The notes below the pieces were generated by a model that was given only the letters and a program-made list of their open reading frames with translations, was not told the origin of the DNA and ran no database searches. Position numbers and translations under genes: made by a program. DNA of 64,000 nucleotides from a bacterium (lineage in GTDB: Bacteria; Krumholzibacteriota; Krumholzibacteriia; G020349025). The stretch covers positions 1 to 64,000 of the forward strand of contig JANLSU010000006.1 in NCBI GenBank assembly GCA_031362565.1, read 5' to 3'. The number at the start of each line of letters is the position of its first letter. Within the stretch, counting starts at the first letter, position 1. Of the stretch, positions 55,706 through 64,000 are shown one piece after another.

Positions 55706-56563
55706 GTGAACGTTACGACCGGCAGCTTGTCCCTCGCGGTGCACGGCGGGGACTTCGATGGCGACGGGGATGTCGATCTTGCGGTCGCCCGGTCGACGGC
55801 GCGGATTGTCACCGTGCTCTGGAACGATGGCGGCGGAGGTTTTCCCGACCGCTCGGAGTACGGCGTACACGACGCGCCGCTGATGCTCCTGGGCGCCGAC
55901 CTTGACGAGGAGGGCGACGAGGATCTCGTGTCGGCGAACTATTACCTCGGGACCTACGCCTTGCAGTTCGCCGCGGTCACGATTCTCTGGAACGCGAGCG
56001 ACCGCACGACCCCGGTCGCCGAGTTGACGGGAGAGGCGAGCAGCGACGGTGTTGTCCTGTCGTGGTCGTCAACGCCCGATGTTGCTGAAGCGCTGGTGGT
56101 GGAGCGCGCGCCGGCGGGCGATGGCCTCTGGAGCCAGCTCGCGATCCTGGAAGCGACGTGCGACGCGTCCACTTACACCGATTCGCCTGCGCCCCCGGGA
56201 CGCGAGGCGTGGTATCGCGTCACCTTTGTCGCATCGAACGGCGAGCGGACGATTCTGGGGCCGGTGCGCGTCACCCTGAACCCCGCAGCCGGAGCCACGA
56301 TCGTGCTCGACCCGGTGCCGCCCGCAATGCGAAGCGGGCCCGTGCAAATCGCCTACTCCATCGGCCTCGAAAACGTACGCAGCCGCCTCGCGATCTACGA
56401 TGTGCGCGGCGCCCGGCTCTGGGCAACCCCGTGGGGCGTTCACGGTCCGGGGTCGTACGTCGAGCGCTGGGATGATGCGCGTGCCGCGAGCGGCATCTAC
56501 TTCGTGCGCCTCGAGACGAGCGTCGGCCAGCGGACGGAGCGACTGGTGCTGGCGCGGCCCTAG
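55706..56563 (+). pseudogene. 5'-truncated FG-GAP repeat + FlgD-like CTD protein
   Basis: GDFDGDGDVDL repeats; IYDVRG..SGIYFVRL; no signal peptide. Confidence 0.7.
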
Positions 56564-56667
56564 TCGATACTGAGCGAGCTTGTTCTCGTGAGATCACTGG
56601 AGGTCCGCGCCACCGGCCTCGCCCTCGGCCGCCGCGCCGCGGAGTCGGCCAGCCGGGGACCGCAGCC

Positions 56668-57831
56668 CTAGCCGGCCTTGCCGCTCAGTAGATCGCCCGA
56701 CCACAACAGCTCCAAGAAGCGGCGGTACGGGATGAATCGGATCCCGTTGTTGAGCCGTTCGATCGGGTCCTGCGAAACGAGGAAGAATGCGGCAATCTTC
56801 TTCTCGTCCTGGAGTCGCCGCAGCGATGTCGCATCTCGATCGGACGTGCGTTGCGTCGCCTTGACCTCGATGGCGCAGATGTCGTCGATCACGAAATCGA
56901 CCTCGTCCTTGTCATAGGTGCGCCAGTAAGCGAGGCGCGCGGGAGATCGCTGATAGCTGATCGCGGCACGCAGCTCCATGGCGATGAACTGTTCGAAGGC
57001 CCGCCCATACAGATTGGAGTGACGCTCGAGCGTCCGGATGCGGGCCAGCGCATTCGTCACTCCAGTGTCGAATAGATAGAACTTCGCCGCGGTGACTTCT
57101 TTGCGCTTCTTGGATTGTCCCCAGGGCTCGACAAAAAAACCAACGAGCGTGTCCTCGAGAATCCGATAGTGCTCGATGACCGTCGATGGCGATATGCCGA
57201 TGTCACGTGCGACGTTGGCAAAGTTCAGTACCTCGCCCGTTCCGAGGGCCGCCAAGGTCAAGAATCGACCGAAGCGCGGCACGTTGCGCACCGCTGCCTC
57301 AGCCTGAATCTCCTCGCGCAGGTAAGTCCCGACATAGGCGTCGAGTTCTTCGTGCGGTTCCGCGGCGCCATAGACCTGAGCGAGGCCGCCGACGGTGAGG
57401 TATTTCTGGAGATCGAAATCCGGAATTTCAGGCGACACGAGGGGAAATAGATTCGCCTGCCAGGCGCGCCCAGCCAACAAATTCGCGTGCCCGTGCCGAA
57501 GCTTCCTCGCGCTGCTTCCAGTGAGCAGGAAGCGCGTCGGCGTCTCCTCGATCAACCGGTGCACCTCGTCGAGTATCGGCGGCAGCTTCTGAACTTCGTC
57601 GATGACCACGATGCTTCGAGCACTGGCTTGGATCATGTCCGCCAATTCGCTCGGCCGGTTGCTGAGACGCAGGAAGTTGTCGGACTTCAACAAGTCGATG
57701 ACGAAGGCATCGGCGTGGAGCTGTTCACGGATGAGGAAGCTCTTCCCCGTGGACCGTGGTCCGAGGAGGAAGAACGACTTCCGCCGGAGGAGTGGTGCTA
57801 GCTGGAGGATGCGAGAATAGATCATGGCCAA
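56668..57831 (-). CDS. AAA_14 ATPase + DUF4143 (PD-(D/E)xK) protein
   Basis: GPRSTGKS, IDEVQK, LTGSSAR, KFYLFDTG, EVDF..IEVK. Confidence 0.9.
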   Translation of the reverse strand: MAMIYSRILQLAPLLRRKSFFLLGPRSTGKSFLIREQLHADAFVIDLLKSDNFLRLSNRPSELADMIQASARSIVVIDEVQKLPPILDEVHRLIEETPTRFLLTGSSARKLRHGHANLLAGRAWQANLFPLVSPEIPDFDLQKYLTVGGLAQVYGAAEPHEELDAYVGTYLREEIQAEAAVRNVPRFGRFLTLAALGTGEVLNFANVARDIGISPSTVIEHYRILEDTLVGFFVEPWGQSKKRKEVTAAKFYLFDTGVTNALARIRTLERHSNLYGRAFEQFIAMELRAAISYQRSPARLAYWRTYDKDEVDFVIDDICAIEVKATQRTSDRDATSLRRLQDEKKIAAFFLVSQDPIERLNNGIRFIPYRRFLELLWSGDLLSGKAG

Positions 57832-58042
57832 ATATATAGTTCGTTATCGAATAAATTCACCTAAAATATTCGATTCACATGGTCCGGGAGGCTGAGGACC
57901 GCCTCCAGGCGGTTCCGGGGCACTTCCAGGGGGGCCCGGTGAGGCTTCTGCCCAGGTCCCGCCTCTCGCCCTCGCTTCTTTCCAGACCTCTCCCTCCGCG
58001 TCCCTCGGGGCAAGTGTTACTCCTCTTGGGAGCCCATCCAAA

Positions 58043-58429
58043 ATGGAGGTCGCAATGCTCGCCTCAGGCAGGATCTGCGGGTTCGTCACGACGCGGGACT
58101 ACGATCAGGCGCGCGTTTTTTATGAAACGAAGTTGGGGTTTCAGTTCGTCAGCGTCGATCCGTACGGGCTGGCGATGAAGGCCGGCGCGCACTCGATCCG
58201 AATCGTGAAGATCACCGATTTCGCGCCGGTACAACGCACGGTTCTCGGCTGGGATGTCGACGACATCGAAGCAATCGTCTCCTGGCTCGAGAAACGCGGC
58301 GTCGGGTTCGAGAAATATCCCTTCGCACAGGATCAGGTACACGGCATCTGGACCGCCCCAACCGGCGACCGCATCGCCTGGTTCAAAGACCCCGACGGGA
58401 ACGTGCTTTCGGTCGCGCAGCACGTGTAG
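58043..58429 (+). CDS. VOC-family protein
   Basis: FYETKLG, AWFKDPDGNVLS. Confidence 0.88.
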   Translation: MEVAMLASGRICGFVTTRDYDQARVFYETKLGFQFVSVDPYGLAMKAGAHSIRIVKITDFAPVQRTVLGWDVDDIEAIVSWLEKRGVGFEKYPFAQDQVHGIWTAPTGDRIAWFKDPDGNVLSVAQHV

Positions 58430-58484
58430 ACTTGGCGCGTGGCCCCGACACGTGAACCCAGGCGCGAAGCACGAAGGAGATGCG

Positions 58485-59015
58485 ATGTCGATTCTCAAGT
58501 TCCTGGGCGTGACGCCGAAGACGGCGGCACCGGATGCTGATACCGAAACCGTGCGGCGCATCGTCGTGCAGTTGGAGGCCCTGGAGCCGCATCAGGCACG
58601 CTACCTGGCGGCCTTCGCCTACATTTTGGCGCGGGTCGCGTACGCCGACGAACAGGTGAGCGACGACGAAACGCAGCGCATGGAACAGATCGTCACGCAG
58701 TTTGGTGGGCTCACTCAGGCGCAGTCCGTGCTGCTGGTGCAGATCGCCAAGTCGCAGGCGGGGCTGTTCGGCGGCACCGAGGATTTCCTGGTGACCCGTC
58801 AGTTCCGCGACTTCTCGAAGCTCGAAGAGCGCGTGCAGTTGCTGCATTGTCTGTTCGCGGTCTCGGCCGCAGACGACTCGATTTCGAGTGTCGAAGAACA
58901 GCACATTCGCGAGATCGCGTCCGAGCTTGGGTTCTCGACCAACGACTTTGTCGCCGTGCGTCTCCAGTACAGCGACAAGCGCGCCGTGCTCCGCAACCTG
59001 CCCGGCGGCAGCTGA
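58485..59015 (+). CDS. TerB-family protein
   Basis: VAYAD..S.DE; LFAVSAADD.IS..E..IREIA.ELG. Confidence 0.82.
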   Translation: MSILKFLGVTPKTAAPDADTETVRRIVVQLEALEPHQARYLAAFAYILARVAYADEQVSDDETQRMEQIVTQFGGLTQAQSVLLVQIAKSQAGLFGGTEDFLVTRQFRDFSKLEERVQLLHCLFAVSAADDSISSVEEQHIREIASELGFSTNDFVAVRLQYSDKRAVLRNLPGGS

Positions 59016-59705
59016 TCAATTGGTAATTTCCACGCTCGCCATGATCACCATGCCGCGAATGACGAGCGTCTTGGTGGGAACCGCCGGGCGCACGGTGTGA
59101 TCTTCGTAGCTTCCCATCAGCGGCGTGCCGTGCACAACCACGGTCCAATCGGCCGGCACCTTGAGTTCGATGTTGCCCCACCACGCGAACGTGTCGATGA
59201 CGGCCTCGCCGGAGGTGATCGACGCCGGCCGCAAATCGACTTCACAGTTGCCCATGACGGCGGTCAAGTCACCGCCCTTGAAGTCCGGCGAGTTGCAGCC
59301 GCGCTCGACGTGGCCCAGGAAGGCAAATCCATCGACGCGCTGTCCCAAGGAAACGCCAGCAGCGGTTGCACGGCCGCGCGCCAGTACACCCATGACCATG
59401 CTGGCTCCGACCAAGATGAGCGCCACCGGCCACAGGTCCCAAAGATGGAACCGAATGTAGTCGAGGTTGTCGAGTAAGAGCAGCGCGCCTACGACCGCAA
59501 TGGCGAGCCCGACGCCGCGCCCCGTGCCCTTGCCACCGGCGGCTTTGGCGAGCCCCACGAGGATGAGCGCCACCGGCCAGTAGTCCCACAAGTGCCGGAT
59601 GCGAATGACGTCCATATTCTCGAGCGTGAGCAACGTCCCGGCGGCAATGATCAGAAGTCCGAAGACGAGCCGCGGCGTGAATCGCTGCGGGTGCGTGGTT
59701 TGCAC
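59016..59705 (-). CDS. LiaF-like membrane protein (two WP-ALILxG TM units + DUF2154-like)
   Basis: YWPVALILVG / LWPVALILVG; FKGGDLTAVMG..DLR; VPADW.V. Confidence 0.8.
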   Translation of the reverse strand: MQTTHPQRFTPRLVFGLLIIAAGTLLTLENMDVIRIRHLWDYWPVALILVGLAKAAGGKGTGRGVGLAIAVVGALLLLDNLDYIRFHLWDLWPVALILVGASMVMGVLARGRATAAGVSLGQRVDGFAFLGHVERGCNSPDFKGGDLTAVMGNCEVDLRPASITSGEAVIDTFAWWGNIELKVPADWTVVVHGTPLMGSYEDHTVRPAVPTKTLVIRGMVIMASVEITN

Positions 59706-59840
59706 GGTGACCCCCTTTGTCCACCCATCCTACGTCAGACCCGCACGCGCGGGTTCGCCGGGTGCTGGCGAGCGAGCGAATCAGGCCGTCGAACGGAGGA
59801 TTAGCGCCGTCCGCCGGACGAACCGCAGCGCCTCGGTCCT

Positions 59841-60452
59841 TCAGAAACGGACGCCGACCCGAATCGGGACGAAAGACAGCGGATCCGGATCGGTCCAGGC
59901 GATGCGCCACATGGCATCGGCGAAGAGATACGTGTTGGGCGTCAGGATGGTGCGCACCCCGAACCCGAGTCCAATCCCGAAGCCGTCGTCGAGTGCATCG
60001 GGAAACGTCAGCGCGTTGGCGTTCGGGCCGCTGGCGTTCGCTTTGCTGACGCCGGTGTGCGTCCAGCCTAAGTCGGCGCGCGCGTACGGCCGCGTGTTGC
60101 CCCAAGACGTGAGCAAGAATTCGGCGCCGGCAGTCACCGGCACCACATAGAGATCGTTACCCGTCACGTTGACATTGGGGAACTGATCGTCGATCGACAG
60201 TTCATATGCTGTGGCGTCGAACCCGAAGCGCGCGTAGCCGACGTCGAGCGTCACCGCGAGCCGCGAGTTGGCCGGTACGAGCACCCCCGCCGACAACGTG
60301 AAGCCGGGGTTCCAGCGGTCCGCGATGGCCGTCGATCCGGTCGGCACCGCGAGGCCACCGCCGAATGCGAGGCGATAAGGCGGCAGCGCGGCCGCCGGAC
60401 GTCCCGCCAAGAGCAGACCGGCGACGATGGACCACACGATCGCACGCTGCAC
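59841..60452 (-). CDS. Outer-membrane beta-barrel protein
   Basis: GGAGG RBS, signal peptide, RPY, C-terminal VPIRVGVRF. Confidence 0.8.
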   Translation of the reverse strand: MQRAIVWSIVAGLLLAGRPAAALPPYRLAFGGGLAVPTGSTAIADRWNPGFTLSAGVLVPANSRLAVTLDVGYARFGFDATAYELSIDDQFPNVNVTGNDLYVVPVTAGAEFLLTSWGNTRPYARADLGWTHTGVSKANASGPNANALTFPDALDDGFGIGLGFGVRTILTPNTYLFADAMWRIAWTDPDPLSFVPIRVGVRF

Positions 60453-60588
60453 GACGACCTCCACGGCTCCGCGCCCGCGCCATGATGGCACGTGCGCGAT
60501 GGTTGTGAAACCCTCCCGCCCGGGCCTGCACTCTTGTAGATTTCGATTCGGTACGGCTTCGCTGGGCGCCAAGACGAAAGGGGGAGAG

Positions 60589-62943
60589 ATGCGCGATCCA
60601 ATCTGCGGAATGACGGTCGATCCCGCGTCGGCCGCCGGGGAATCGGCGTTCGAAGGCACGCGCTATTTTTTCTGCGGCGTGTCGTGCAAGGCCAAGTTTG
60701 ACGCGAACCCGCGGCAGTACTTGAACGGGGAGGCTGCTTCGACATCCGCGCCCACACCGCCGCGAGTCGCGTCACTCCAATTTGTGGCGCGCCCCGCGCC
60801 GGCGCAAGCCGCCGCGCCACGGCCACCGGCATCGCCACCGCCGCCCGCGGCGGAATACACCTGCCCCATGCACCCCGAGGTGGTGCGGCCCGGGCCGGGG
60901 GCGTGTCCCAAGTGCGGGATGGCGCTCGAACCGCGGGTGATTGTCTCGGCCGAGGAGCCACCGAACCCTGAACTCGTGCGCATGACGCGCGCCTTCGTCG
61001 TGTGTACGGTGCTTGCCGTTCCGCTCGTTGCTGTTTCCATGACGCACGGTGGTGCTGCCGGCGGCTCGCGTGCCTGGATCGAATTCGCCCTCGCCACTCC
61101 GGTCGTCTTGTGGGGTGGCGCGCCATTCTTCGCTCGAGCCTGGGATTCGTTGCGCTCGCGCACTCCCAATATGTTCACGCTCATCGCACTCGGCACGGGC
61201 TCGGCGTACGGGCTCAGTCTTGTCGCTCTCGTGGCACCGCAAGTTCTGCCGGCCACATTCCGCGGGCAAGCGGCGCGCCCGCCGACGTATTTCGAATCGG
61301 CCGCGGTCATCACAACGCTCGTCTTGCTCGGCCAAGTGCTCGAGCTGCGCGCCCGCCGGCGGACGGGTGCGGCTATCCGCGCCCTTCTCGGGCTCGCACC
61401 GCGCACTGCCCGCCGGGTCCGCGCCGACGGCAGCGACGAAGACGTCGGGCTCGAACTGATCGCCGTGGGCGACGTGCTGCGGGTGCGCCCTGGCGAAAAG
61501 ATTCCGGTCGACGGTGTGGTCGTGGAAGGCACGAGCGCCGTTGACGAATCGATGTTGACGGGTGAATCGCTGCCGGTCGTGAAGGCGTTGCGCGACGCGG
61601 TCCTGGGCGGCACTCTCAACGGCTCGGGAAGTTTTCTCCTGCGCGCCGACCGCGTCGGCGCCGACAGTGTGCTGTCGCAAATCGTCCGTCTCGTGGGTGA
61701 AGCACAGCGCAGTCGCGCGCCGCTCCAGCGCGTTGCGGATCGTGTCGCCGCGTGGTTCGTGCCGGCCGTCGTCGTGGTCGCACTTCTCACCTTCGCAGCC
61801 TGGAGTCTTTGGGGCCCCGAACCGCGCCTTGCGACCGCATTCGTGAACGCGGTCGCGGTTCTCATCGTCGCCTGTCCTTGCGCCTTGGGGCTCGCAACCC
61901 CGATGGCGATCATGGTCGGCACCGGGCGTGGCGCACAGGCGGGCGTTCTCGTGCGGCATGCCGAAGGCCTCGAAATGCTGGCTCAAGTCGACACGCTCGT
62001 CATCGACAAGACGGGCACGCTGACCGAGGGCAAACCGCGCGTCGAGGCGTGTATCGCGGCCCCGGGCCACACCGACGAAGAAGTGCTGCGGTTCGCAGCG
62101 GCACTCGAGCGCGCCAGCGAGCATCCGCTCGCGGCCGCCGTTCTGGATGCCGCACAAACGCGCCAACTCAAAATCCCCGCCGCCGGTGCCTTCGAATCAT
62201 TGGCAGGAAACGGCATCCGCGGCACGGTGGAGGGACATCGTGTTCTCGCCGGCACGCCCGAGTTTCTGCAAAGCGCCGGCATCGACATCGACGCGCTCGC
62301 GGCTCGCCTGGCGGATTCACAGTCGGCGGCGCGTTCGATCGTGCTGGTCGCAATCGATGGCGTCGCCGCCGGCTTCCTGAGCATCGCCGACCCCATCAAA
62401 GAGTCGGCCGCCGAGGCACTTGCCGAACTGCGCCGCGAAGGCATCGCCGTCGTCCTCGCAACCGGCGACAATGAAGGCACCGCGAACGCCGTCGCCAAGG
62501 CGCTCGGCATCGACACCGTTCATGCGCGTGCTTTGCCGCAGGACAAGGCCGAGATCGTGGCGCGCTTGCAGGCGGCCGGTCACCGGGTGGCGATGGCGGG
62601 CGACGGCGTCAACGATGCACCGGCCCTGGCGCGCGCCGATGTCGGGATCGCCATGGGCACCGGTACGGACGTCGCGCTGCACACCGCCGCTGTGACACTC
62701 GTCCGCGGTGACTTGCGCGGCATCGTCCGGGCGCGCCACCTGGCGCGGGCAACGGTGCGCAACGTGCGCCAAAATCTCTTCTGGGCCTTCCTCTATAATG
62801 TGCTGGGTGTGCCGGTCGCGGCCGGCGTGCTCTACCCATTCACGGGTTGGCTTCTGAGCCCCATGCTGGCAAGTGCCGCCATGAGCCTGAGTTCGGTGTC
62901 GGTCATCGCCAATGCGCTACGCTTGCGGCGCACACCGCTCTGA
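60589..62943 (+). CDS. copA: Cu(I)-type P1B ATPase with YHS and heavy-metal-binding domains
   Basis: DPICGM, YTCPMHP, TGES, CPC, DKTGT, SEHP, GDGVND, YN, MSLSS. Confidence 0.93.
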   Translation: MRDPICGMTVDPASAAGESAFEGTRYFFCGVSCKAKFDANPRQYLNGEAASTSAPTPPRVASLQFVARPAPAQAAAPRPPASPPPPAAEYTCPMHPEVVRPGPGACPKCGMALEPRVIVSAEEPPNPELVRMTRAFVVCTVLAVPLVAVSMTHGGAAGGSRAWIEFALATPVVLWGGAPFFARAWDSLRSRTPNMFTLIALGTGSAYGLSLVALVAPQVLPATFRGQAARPPTYFESAAVITTLVLLGQVLELRARRRTGAAIRALLGLAPRTARRVRADGSDEDVGLELIAVGDVLRVRPGEKIPVDGVVVEGTSAVDESMLTGESLPVVKALRDAVLGGTLNGSGSFLLRADRVGADSVLSQIVRLVGEAQRSRAPLQRVADRVAAWFVPAVVVVALLTFAAWSLWGPEPRLATAFVNAVAVLIVACPCALGLATPMAIMVGTGRGAQAGVLVRHAEGLEMLAQVDTLVIDKTGTLTEGKPRVEACIAAPGHTDEEVLRFAAALERASEHPLAAAVLDAAQTRQLKIPAAGAFESLAGNGIRGTVEGHRVLAGTPEFLQSAGIDIDALAARLADSQSAARSIVLVAIDGVAAGFLSIADPIKESAAEALAELRREGIAVVLATGDNEGTANAVAKALGIDTVHARALPQDKAEIVARLQAAGHRVAMAGDGVNDAPALARADVGIAMGTGTDVALHTAAVTLVRGDLRGIVRARHLARATVRNVRQNLFWAFLYNVLGVPVAAGVLYPFTGWLLSPMLASAAMSLSSVSVIANALRLRRTPL

Positions 62944-62964
62944 TTCCCAAGGGGAGGCGCCACG

Positions 62965-63732
62965 ATGAGCCCCAAGGTGCAGATCGAAACCGAAGAAAAC
63001 GGCGCGCTGTTCCGGCTCGGGCTCGATGCGCCGCCCGGCAACGTGTTGGATGTCGAACTCATCGATGCCCTGCGCGCCGCACTGGCGCGTGCCGCTCGGG
63101 ACTCGCAGGTGAAAGCCGTCCTCATCGAAAGTGCCGGGGAGCATTTCTCCTACGGCGCGAGTGTTCCGGAACACCAGGCCGGCGAGATCGAACGCGCCTT
63201 GCCGAGGTTTCACGACCTCTTTCGCGATCTCTTCGATCTGGGCCGGCCGCTGGTGGCGGTCACGCGCGGCCAATGCCTGGGCGGCGGACTGGAACTTGCG
63301 CTAGGCTGTAACTGGATCTTTGCATCGCTGGAGGCGCGGTTCGGGCTGCCTGAAATCCGGCTCGGCGTCTTCCCGCCTCTTGGCTCGCTCCTGCTGCCGG
63401 GGCGCGTCGGCCGTGCCCAGGCCGAGATGTTGTGTTTGACCGGGAACATCCTCGCGGCAGAGGATGCACTGGAATGCGGCCTCATCGACTTCATGGCTGA
63501 AGACCCGGCCATGGCCGCGCGCGAATGGATCCGCACCCAGTTGCTGCCGCACAGCGCGACCGCGTTGCACTACGCGACGCGGGCCGTACGAACGCTGGCG
63601 CGCGAGGAACTCGAACGCGGGCTCGAAGTTCTCGAACGCATGTACCTGCGCGAACTCATGCGCACCGAAGATGCACGCGAGGGAATTGCTGCGTTCTTGG
63701 AAAAACGTCCGCCGCGCTGGAAGAATCGCTGA
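62965..63732 (+). CDS. dch: Crotonase-family hydratase resembling cyclohexa-1,5-diene-1-carbonyl-CoA hydratase
   Basis: HFSYGASVPEH, GQCLGGGLE, PEIRLGVF, LERMYLRELM.T.DA.EG..AFLEKR. Confidence 0.7.
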   Translation: MSPKVQIETEENGALFRLGLDAPPGNVLDVELIDALRAALARAARDSQVKAVLIESAGEHFSYGASVPEHQAGEIERALPRFHDLFRDLFDLGRPLVAVTRGQCLGGGLELALGCNWIFASLEARFGLPEIRLGVFPPLGSLLLPGRVGRAQAEMLCLTGNILAAEDALECGLIDFMAEDPAMAAREWIRTQLLPHSATALHYATRAVRTLAREELERGLEVLERMYLRELMRTEDAREGIAAFLEKRPPRWKNR

Positions 63733-63743
63733 AGGAGGCCGTC

Positions 63744-64000
63744 ATGCATGTCGAAGTAGGCTGGTCCTGGGTCGAGGACGAAACATCGCCCGAGTGGAAC
63801 ACGACCGACTGTCTCTATGCGTTCACGGATCCCGAGAGCGACGAAGTTTTGTATCTGGGCACCGCCGCCGGCGCCACATTGAAAGCGGCGTGTGAAGCCA
63901 CCGAGCACGAGGATCTCTGGAGCCGGTTGCGCGCCATCGAGGTCGACAATGTGGGCGTCATGGTGGGGCGTCCGAAAGTAGAAGGCGGCGCTAAATTGGA
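63744..64000 (+). CDS. Hypothetical protein, 5' part (runs off the window)
   Basis: AGGAGG RBS, ATG 63744, open to the window end; LYAF..VLYLG is weakly GIY-YIG-like. Confidence 0.55.
   Translation, partial: MHVEVGWSWVEDETSPEWNTTDCLYAFTDPESDEVLYLGTAAGATLKAACEATEHEDLWSRLRAIEVDNVGVMVGRPKVEGGAKL

Larger units (their letters stand above)
54914..56671. mobile_element. 1.69-kb insert bounded by 68-bp direct repeats
   Basis: 54914-54981 vs 56604-56671, 64/68 identical. Confidence 0.75.

Noticed and set aside
55682..55706. Amber readthrough joining 54996-55684 to the in-frame FG-GAP ORF
   Set aside because: A shared frame has a 1-in-3 chance, the linker RRRLETS looks non-coding, and TAG is a normal stop elsewhere in the window
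54914..56671. DGR template/variable repeat pair
   Set aside because: No reverse transcriptase, and the mismatches are not all adenine-specific relative to one template strand
57832..57880. Shared TTCGTTAT/ATTCAC words with the AT-rich region at 1031-1050
   Set aside because: Short matches in AT-rich DNA, in opposite orientation relative to their genes; likely chance
1..64000. CRISPR array
   Set aside because: No regularly spaced repeat-spacer series and no cas genes seen

Overview
GC-rich bacterial DNA. Its secretome style (many FlgD-Ig/'PNPFNP' C-terminal domains plus a short W-[GS]-x-[VI]-K-x-[LI]-[YF] tail) suggests an FCB-group candidate phylum such as Krumholzibacteria, Latescibacteria or Eisenbacteria; this is inference. 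Positions 1-37.6 kb form an accessory region downstream of a minus-strand tRNA-Leu(TAA). It holds large secreted proteins (two tandem YWTD double propellers, a purple-acid-phosphatase/PKD protein, a GH71/99-like enzyme, an erythromycin-esterase-like protein), a TPR-CHAT protease, a YjjJ HipA-family kinase, a Hanks kinase-TPR protein and two antitoxins whose toxins are broken. At least eight interleaved gene-fragment or att-flank repeats are scattered through it, all in direct orientation, together with a displaced tRNA-Leu fragment. Right of the tRNA is a tightly coupled three-gene operon: a FadL-like outer-membrane barrel, a periplasmic TPR/Ig-TM-STAND-type ATPase, and a STAND-type ATPase fused to a Ser/Thr kinase. 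It looks like a trans-envelope signalling system and is the best candidate for an undescribed system here. The rest contains an ABC-2 exporter with a LytTR regulator, a HipBST-like module with four palindromic operators, a DnaQ-like exonuclease, OppF, an ATP-grasp enzyme, a 1.69-kb insert bounded by 68-bp direct repeats, AAA-DUF4143, TerB, a LiaF-like protein, CopA and a Dch-like hydratase. No integrase, transposase, CRISPR array or rRNA was seen. All calls come from motif recognition by eye; no searches were run.
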